A stretch of 64,000 nt of DNA from a virus. Under the pieces are notes generated by a model. That model was not told the DNA's origin. It made no database searches and saw only the letters and a list, made by a program, of their open reading frames with translations. Where the stretch lies: the IMG/VR virus record IMGVR_UViG_3300047170_000049, positions 95,289 through 159,288 of that record; one strand, 5' to 3'. A program made the translations under genes and the position numbers. Positions 58,590-64,000 of this stretch are shown here, one piece after another (position 1 is the first letter of the stretch; the number at the start of each line of letters is the position of its first letter).

Positions 58590-59057
58590 ATGAAGACCGA
58601 AGTTAATAAGAACGTAAGGCGAGTAAGAGAGTCGATAGTAGCCAAGCGGGAGTATCAAGTAATCGAGCGCAATCTTCAACGTAATACAATAAAAGTAATC
58701 GACGTTGAAACGGGCGACTCGTTCCACACCCATGTTCCAATACTTGGGGCAGCATCATACTTCAGCATTGGCACCATTATTGTGATTCCCCAGCTTTATA
58801 AGAAAAGTGCCGCATCAAACCTTGGCAATCGACGTGATGCCAAGCCTGTAGCTGAACCTGCACAACTCGTGACCAATTATTCGATGGAACGTAGTCGCGC
58901 ATTAACTGCAATATACAAGCAAATGGCTCGCCTCAGTAAGCAATGGAATGAAGAGTTCAGGGCTAATGGCTCAGAGAATAAAGATATATTAGAGAAATTG
59001 AAGTATGAAATCAATAAGTTAAAGGCTTCATACGAAACCTTGAAACATTCCCCATAA
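58590..59057 (+). CDS. hypothetical early protein
   Basis: First gene after sigma28 promoter. Confidence 0.6.
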   Translation: MKTEVNKNVRRVRESIVAKREYQVIERNLQRNTIKVIDVETGDSFHTHVPILGAASYFSIGTIIVIPQLYKKSAASNLGNRRDAKPVAEPAQLVTNYSMERSRALTAIYKQMARLSKQWNEEFRANGSENKDILEKLKYEINKLKASYETLKHSP

Positions 59058-59080
59058 GTTTTATGGAAATAGGCCGATTA
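59054..59080 (+). promoter_or_regulatory. sigma28 (FliA)-type promoter
   Basis: ATAA-N15(GTTT...)-GCCGATTA. Confidence 0.7.
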
Positions 59081-59103
59081 ATAATTGTAAGGAGATAAAA
59101 GTT

Positions 59104-59466
59104 ATGAAAAAAGTATTAGTAATCGACGATGACTCAATGTTGCTCCAGTGCATGAAGCTGGTGCTAGAAAGCGAGCACTACGAGGTAGTGACGGCTAGCA
59201 ACGGACTGGAAGGCTTAGAAGCTCTGTCGGATGATATTGACCTTATCGTGCTGGACTTGTCAATGCCTGTAATGTCTGGGTCAGAATTTCATGACAAGCT
59301 GCGCGAGCAAGCCGACCTGGACCACATTCCAGTTGTCATCTTAAGCGGTCTTGAACGCCCTGACCCAATTGAATGCGTGGAGATTGTTAAAAAACCCATT
59401 AACGTTATGGATTTACTAGGGATTATTGGCATCTACACTTCAGATGAAAAAGGAGCGGCGGCTTAA
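59104..59466 (+). CDS. stand-alone response-regulator receiver (CheY-like)
   Basis: VLVIDDD, DLIVLDLSMP.MSG, ILSG, KKP. Confidence 0.9.
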   Translation: MKKVLVIDDDSMLLQCMKLVLESEHYEVVTASNGLEGLEALSDDIDLIVLDLSMPVMSGSEFHDKLREQADLDHIPVVILSGLERPDPIECVEIVKKPINVMDLLGIIGIYTSDEKGAAA

Positions 59467-59490
59467 CTTCACTATTTTTTAATAATGTGC

Positions 59491-59517
59491 TAAAGTTCTT
59501 TATGGTCTAGCCGATAG
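59491..59517 (+). promoter_or_regulatory. sigma28 (FliA)-type promoter
   Basis: TAAA-N15(GTTC...)-GCCGATAG. Confidence 0.82.
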
Positions 59518-59535
59518 GATAGATGTAACAAGGAG

Positions 59536-60243
59536 ATGGATATGTTAATCAAATTAACAGAGCAAGACCCTAAGTACATCGTAGACCTCACGGAGCATTT
59601 AATCAATCTTGGCGCTAAGTCCACTAACCAGCCTAACGTGTTAGAAGTGGAAGAGGCTTTCGACGTAGACCAATTCCATGGTGTTGAGAAACTTAGCAAT
59701 CTCCCTATTACTGATTACAAGGAAGAAATCAAATGGCTTCATGCTTACCATGGCAACTTTGAATTCTACCTCAGCTTGAAAACTCAATACGCCACCAAAG
59801 GCCGATTGAGCGATAAACAATGGGCTTCAGTAACCAAAGCAATTCAACGTGACCAGGCTCAAGCCGCACAAAAGGTTAACCAAAAGTTCTCAATAGAAGG
59901 TGGCACCGTAATTGTTCTCAAGAAATACTTCGCCCATGAGCTTGCTCAACAAGCTGGATGCGTAAGACCTCATTATGCGTTTGAAGTGGTCAAGGTTCAA
60001 GCTGAAACTGAGAAGGCGTATAGACTGACCTTGAAACTCACCGCACAGCGCACGACGCATTGCTCCGTATGTGGAATCAAATTGACGAACAAATCATCAG
60101 TCTCAACGGGCATTGGACCAATTTGCGCAGAAAAGTGGGGAATTCCTCAAACTTTAAAAGATTTGGCCGATAAGTTACAGACAACGGTGGAGGTCACTAG
60201 TTGGTTACCTAAAACTGCAATAAAGGAGCGATTTGGAAAATAA
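59536..60243 (+). CDS. DUF6011-like Zn-ribbon phage protein
   Basis: GRLSDKQ; CSVCG..LT...S...GIGPICA. Confidence 0.6.
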   Translation: MDMLIKLTEQDPKYIVDLTEHLINLGAKSTNQPNVLEVEEAFDVDQFHGVEKLSNLPITDYKEEIKWLHAYHGNFEFYLSLKTQYATKGRLSDKQWASVTKAIQRDQAQAAQKVNQKFSIEGGTVIVLKKYFAHELAQQAGCVRPHYAFEVVKVQAETEKAYRLTLKLTAQRTTHCSVCGIKLTNKSSVSTGIGPICAEKWGIPQTLKDLADKLQTTVEVTSWLPKTAIKERFGK

Positions 60244-60245
60244 CA

Positions 60246-60399
60246 TTCGATGATTTGGACCTGCCATCTACCTCTTCATAAGGTGAAGTCTTCGTGCCTG
60301 GGTACTAGGGTAGATGTGATTTGACCAATTTTTATTGTACCCAACCTGCGTGTGTCGGACCCGTGCATTCGTACTGTAACGAAGATAACGGGCATCGAG
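60246..60399 (+). ncRNA. pseudoknotted structured intergenic RNA of unknown class
   Basis: Six stems including a 7-bp pseudoknot (see findings); strand inferred from context. Confidence 0.65.
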
Positions 60400-60423
60400 A
60401 AAATTTAACAAAAGGAGTATTGT

Positions 60424-60723
60424 ATGCAAGGTACAGAAGGATTTATGGACAATCAGTGTGAACACTGTAAAAAACAATTTAGTGATTTAGAGCCTTATGG
60501 GATGGCTGGGAATATACCAGGCGATAGGAATGAAATTTACAGATTTCACATACTTAATGGCGGCATAGCAAATTCATGTTTTGTTAAAGCTTTTGCAAAA
60601 TTTAAAGTACCAAAAGGTTTTGGCCTTGCACTTCCTTTGGACGAAAGTACCATTTCTAAAAAAGCGAAAGAAGAGGCAATATCAAAACTAAAGCGTTTTA
60701 TTGATAAAGTTTACAAGGAATAG
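60424..60723 (+). CDS. hypothetical protein
   Basis: AAGGAG RBS. Confidence 0.6.
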   Translation: MQGTEGFMDNQCEHCKKQFSDLEPYGMAGNIPGDRNEIYRFHILNGGIANSCFVKAFAKFKVPKGFGLALPLDESTISKKAKEEAISKLKRFIDKVYKE

Positions 60724-60765
60724 AAAGCACATAAAGTTTGAAGTGGAACGAGTTGGAGATATTCA

Positions 60766-61131
60766 ATGAAAATTGCGATTGATGTTAAAGGCACACTAGA
60801 AGGTCCCAAGGGCGAAATCATTGCTGAAGCCGCTGCCGTATTAAAAGAACGCGGCCATGAGATTACGGTCTGGTCTAGCCTTCTCTCTTATGCCTACGAA
60901 TGGGTCAAGGGTGCAGGTGAATTCTACGAAATCAGTGGCAAGAAATGGCGACGTGACGTTGAGCCTGAAGAGTTCTATGATGTGGCCATTGAAGACGATG
61001 AGAACCTGGGTGAGATTTTGGCCGCCAACAAAGTCATATATGTTCACGAGTTCAACAGTGTCAATGAATTACTGGGCTTAATTACTGGGGAGAACAATGA
61101 AAACAATATTGACGTTAAGTCTGCTATTTAA
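60766..61131 (+). CDS. HAD-fold-like small protein
   Basis: IAIDVKGTL, VWSS, IEDD. Confidence 0.55.
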   Translation: MKIAIDVKGTLEGPKGEIIAEAAAVLKERGHEITVWSSLLSYAYEWVKGAGEFYEISGKKWRRDVEPEEFYDVAIEDDENLGEILAANKVIYVHEFNSVNELLGLITGENNENNIDVKSAI

Positions 61132-61266
61132 TGTGGTTGGGTACATCTACATAACGGCCTACAAGAAAGATGTGGCTTTTGAGCGAAGCATGGCCAACGC
61201 GCACATTGATATGCTTCACCACGCTTTGAATAGTGACGTTGCCTTTAAAAGGAGCTTGGCTAGTAA

Positions 61267-61596
61267 ATGAAAACGTTCCAACGCGGTGATTGGGTAACTC
61301 TTGTTCCATTTGAAGAATGGATTGGGTACTTGAGAGGCACTAGCGCCGACGGCAATCTTATTGGTGGTCTAGGGCCTGAATCCTTCCGTGAAGATTACAA
61401 CACAATCTTGAGTCGTAGGTCTGCCGTACAAATACTAAACACGCAAATGCACAACATCAAAGGCGTGGAATCTCAAACGGTGGCTATTGACCCGTTTAGG
61501 CCATTCCCTGAATACAGTGCAGAGATATTCCGTTTGCTTACACCAGAAGAGTTGGCCTTGGCAAAGCTTTTGTTTGATGACAAAAGGATAGCTTAA
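61267..61596 (+). CDS. SH3/KOW-like protein, C-terminal helix family
   Basis: FQRGDWV...RLLTPEELALAKLLF. Confidence 0.6.
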   Translation: MKTFQRGDWVTLVPFEEWIGYLRGTSADGNLIGGLGPESFREDYNTILSRRSAVQILNTQMHNIKGVESQTVAIDPFRPFPEYSAEIFRLLTPEELALAKLLFDDKRIA

Positions 61597-61874
61597 TGAC
61601 TTTAAAACGTAAATGGCAATTAGGGGACATCGTTAAAGCGAAGCACGATATGTTTTTGCACCCAGAATACACAACTGACATAACCAAAGCCATTATTATC
61701 CCTGCAGGTACCTTCCTTGAAATCCTAGAACGCTTTTCATTCCTAGGCAACGTTAGCAATATTTTGGTTGGTAAGACCATCCACGGTGCAATGTACGCAT
61801 ACATGGTTAGTCCCAGTGCCGTTGTGCCATTGACTCGTAAGGAGAATGAGATTGCAAGACTCTTATACTCTTAA
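61596..61874 (+). CDS. SH3/KOW-like protein, C-terminal helix family
   Basis: WQLGDIV...PLTRKENEIARLLYS. Confidence 0.6.
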   Translation: MTLKRKWQLGDIVKAKHDMFLHPEYTTDITKAIIIPAGTFLEILERFSFLGNVSNILVGKTIHGAMYAYMVSPSAVVPLTRKENEIARLLYS

Positions 61875-62100
61875 GTTCAAGCAAGGCGATTGGGTGATGT
61901 TTCGTGAAGGCGACGCATGGTGTGTGTGCAGGATAAAGCGTGCTGAAAAGATGCGTGGTGATTATAAGGTGCAATGGCTCTATGATAGCATCAACGCTAT
62001 CAGACAGCGTTATACGCTTATGAGCATTGACGAGACCGATGAAATGGGTCACAAGATGACCGACATGGAAATTAAACTCTTTAAGGTGTTATATGCCTAA
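61846..62100 (+). CDS. SH3/KOW-like protein, C-terminal helix family
   Basis: FKQGDWV...KMTDMEIKLFKVLYA. Confidence 0.6.
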   Translation: MRLQDSYTLKFKQGDWVMFREGDAWCVCRIKRAEKMRGDYKVQWLYDSINAIRQRYTLMSIDETDEMGHKMTDMEIKLFKVLYA

Positions 62101-62347
62101 GTTTAAGAAGGGTGACATCCTTTATATGGAAGAAGAATATTACGGTGCTATGAGTCGCCAACTGATTCAGGTTCTAGGCGTCGAGCCTTACCGTGATGGT
62201 TGGTACGATTATAAAGTGCAAATGATTGTAGACACTTCAGGCCAATACACTGGTAACCCAGATTATTTGCTGCAGGAGATTGTAGACCGTGATGCCATCA
62301 AACTCAATAGAACGCAGGTAAAACTGTTTAAATTGCTCTATACTTAA
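62093..62347 (+). CDS. SH3/KOW-like protein, C-terminal helix family
   Basis: FKKGDIL...KLNRTQVKLFKLLYT. Confidence 0.6.
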   Translation: MPKFKKGDILYMEEEYYGAMSRQLIQVLGVEPYRDGWYDYKVQMIVDTSGQYTGNPDYLLQEIVDRDAIKLNRTQVKLFKLLYT

Positions 62348-62360
62348 TTGCATTATTTCC

Positions 62361-62387
62361 TAAAGTTCTCCGTATTACTTCCGATAG
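62361..62387 (+). promoter_or_regulatory. sigma28 (FliA)-type promoter
   Basis: TAAA-N15(GTTC...)-TCCGATAG. Confidence 0.78.
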
Positions 62388-62404
62388 ATATATCAGGAGG
62401 TGTT

Positions 62405-63121
62405 ATGAACGTATTAATCACAATCGTTTTAACTTCGAGTTTATGGCTTATAGGCTGCGCTGGGAAGCCACCAGATTATTGCCAAATAGTTACGCCTGGG
62501 TCGCCTGTGTTCGTGCATAGCTTTGGCGATTCAATCACGGTAGGTGCAGGAGCGGACCATTTCTGTAATGGTTATCAAGCTTTATTCACTACGACGATTG
62601 GTGCGAACGGTGACGATGAGGGCATTAGCGGTTCTATGTTCGTAACCTCCACCTACAATATTATGTCTTGGTTTGTGCAAGTGCCTGAAAGTCAAGTGGT
62701 GGCCACGAACAATTACAAGACCCACGACTACGACATTAATACGGTATTGCCAGCATATAATGACGTTACGAACTTTGGCGCTGACCCAACACATTTAGCG
62801 CAATTTCAAGCTGATTTACTGGCAGCTTTGAGTTACACTGGTACTTTAGGAAAGATGACTTTAGTGGGTACAACGCTTTACGCATCGGATGTAATGCAGC
62901 CTGGAATACCGCTCCACACCAATGCTAACGTGGACCAATACGTTGCGGTGATTAAGTCAGTTGTTGCACAAGTTGCCGCCACTGGATTGCCTGTCTACTT
63001 AGTAGACACCAATGCGATTTACGACCCTAACACAATGTCATCAAATAACATTCACCCTGATAATTACGGGCACGCAGTAATTGCTCAGGCATTCATTGAA
63101 GCTTACGAGGCACACAAGTAA
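62405..63121 (+). CDS. SGNH/GDSL hydrolase lipoprotein
   Basis: AGGAGG then ATG 62405; lipobox LIGC; GDSIT, GISG, YND, NIHP...GH. Confidence 0.8.
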   Translation: MNVLITIVLTSSLWLIGCAGKPPDYCQIVTPGSPVFVHSFGDSITVGAGADHFCNGYQALFTTTIGANGDDEGISGSMFVTSTYNIMSWFVQVPESQVVATNNYKTHDYDINTVLPAYNDVTNFGADPTHLAQFQADLLAALSYTGTLGKMTLVGTTLYASDVMQPGIPLHTNANVDQYVAVIKSVVAQVAATGLPVYLVDTNAIYDPNTMSSNNIHPDNYGHAVIAQAFIEAYEAHK

Positions 63122-63122
63122 G

Positions 63123-63422
63123 ATGCGTAAAGACGATAAGTTCTTTGTTGAGACCGATGGTAGGCCCTTTGGGAGGCACGAACCTTATATCCTTGAGAAG
63201 CCTAAGTACGTTAAACTTAAAACGAATATGCAAGGCCGTAGCGAATGGTTATCACCAGATACCGTCTACCGCGTGACAGAAGCCATAATTGTTAATACCA
63301 GTAAAGGCGACCAAGAAACCTACGTCATTGATGGATTCCCAGGCATGAGCTTTGGCTACAGCTTGTTTGAGCATTTGGATTTAACCGACGAGGAAATAGC
63401 TTTGTGGCAAACATTGCAGTAG
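63123..63422 (+). CDS. small protein, C-terminal helix family
   Basis: LDLTDEEIALWQTLQ. Confidence 0.55.
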   Translation: MRKDDKFFVETDGRPFGRHEPYILEKPKYVKLKTNMQGRSEWLSPDTVYRVTEAIIVNTSKGDQETYVIDGFPGMSFGYSLFEHLDLTDEEIALWQTLQ

Positions 63423-63622
63423 GAGACATAATTGTCCACGATACCAAAGGTGTAGTGGCAAGTGTGGATAGCTGGAGTAGCGGCACCAAAGGTTGGGGTT
63501 TTCATTGCAATATGCTTTCTAAAAATCAATATCCACCACAATTCTATCTAGGCCCCGAGCCTAAGAACTGGCGCAAGATTAGTAATGAAGAGTATGCGCT
63601 TTGGAAGATATTGAATGAGTAA
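63404..63622 (+). CDS. SH3/KOW-like protein, C-terminal helix family
   Basis: IAVGDII...KISNEEYALWKILNE. Confidence 0.55.
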   Translation: MANIAVGDIIVHDTKGVVASVDSWSSGTKGWGFHCNMLSKNQYPPQFYLGPEPKNWRKISNEEYALWKILNE

Positions 63623-63869
63623 AATAGAATTAGACATGTTGATGCAATTCAGTTCTGAGAAGGCCCCTGAAGTGCTTTTTATGCGAGTTAAGGCTATAGA
63701 CCATTTAAAGCAAGAAGTCCTAATGAGCATCGTGTACACTAGCATAAGTAATGTTGGTCAAAGAGAATATTCTTTCACCATGGAATCTATTTTTAAAGAA
63801 TTGCAAGATGGTAGTTGCCGAGTTTGCAATGATGAAGAGGCTGATTTGCTAGAGACTCTATATGGGTGA
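63615..63869 (+). CDS. small protein, C-terminal helix family
   Basis: RVCNDEEADLLETLYG. Confidence 0.55.
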   Translation: MSKIELDMLMQFSSEKAPEVLFMRVKAIDHLKQEVLMSIVYTSISNVGQREYSFTMESIFKELQDGSCRVCNDEEADLLETLYG

Positions 63870-63999
63870 GCGAGTTAAGCGTGGTGATTGGGTGATGGTA
63901 GTAAACTCCTCTCTTCGTAACTTTGGCCCTTTGAAATTAGGCAAGTGTTACCAAGTAATTGCACTTATGCACAAGAAAGATAGTGATGGATTCCCAATG
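63862..63999 (+). CDS. SH3-like small protein (truncated by window edge)
   Basis: MGERVKRGDWV...LKLGKCYQVI, similar to 32268-32492. Confidence 0.5.
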   Translation, partial: MGERVKRGDWVMVVNSSLRNFGPLKLGKCYQVIALMHKKDSDGFPM

Positions 64000-64000
64000 G

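Noticed and set aside
60732-60758. TAAAGTTT as a seventh sigma28 promoter
   Set aside because: No CCGA box at 15-nt spacing; AACGAG occurs 4 nt too early
1-64000. Bacterial chromosome or integrated prophage; tRNA genes
   Set aside because: Host-like genes are divergent and interspersed with phage genes; no integrase, att site, housekeeping operon or tRNA cloverleaf recognised by eye

Overview
This 64 kb window is a gene-dense segment of a large (probably jumbo) tailed dsDNA phage genome using the standard genetic code. From left to right it holds: (i) a minus-strand arm with a truncated sigma70-family factor, an SF2 helicase, an exported thioredoxin and a putative initiator gene with an internal iteron/AT-rich array (candidate origin, near the strand switch); (ii) a plus-strand replication, recombination and proteostasis block (GroEL, SbcC/Rad50, RuvC, dUTPase, phosphoesterase, DnaE, gp32-like SSB, UvsY-like, RecA, primase, DnaB, AAA ATPase, ClpP, two exported proteases); (iii) accessory genes (MoxR plus vWA-metallopeptidase, Zn-finger array, HNH, UDG, peptide deformylase, IscA); (iv) a minus-strand tail-fibre and lysis block (43159-58425); (v) a further accessory region. 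Main observations: six near-consensus flagellar sigma28 (FliA) promoters precede accessory genes, including a CheY-like receiver and an SGNH lipoprotein, and one of them has a flagellin-like leader with two CsrA hairpins, suggesting coupling to the host motility programme (host possibly Bdellovibrionota; inference only). About 17 small proteins share a C-terminal 'LTxEExxLxxLLY' helix on variable SH3/KOW-like or Zn-finger domains. Two pseudoknotted intergenic RNAs of unknown class and two more promoter classes are also present. No tRNA, rRNA or CRISPR array was recognised. All calls are by eye, without database searches.
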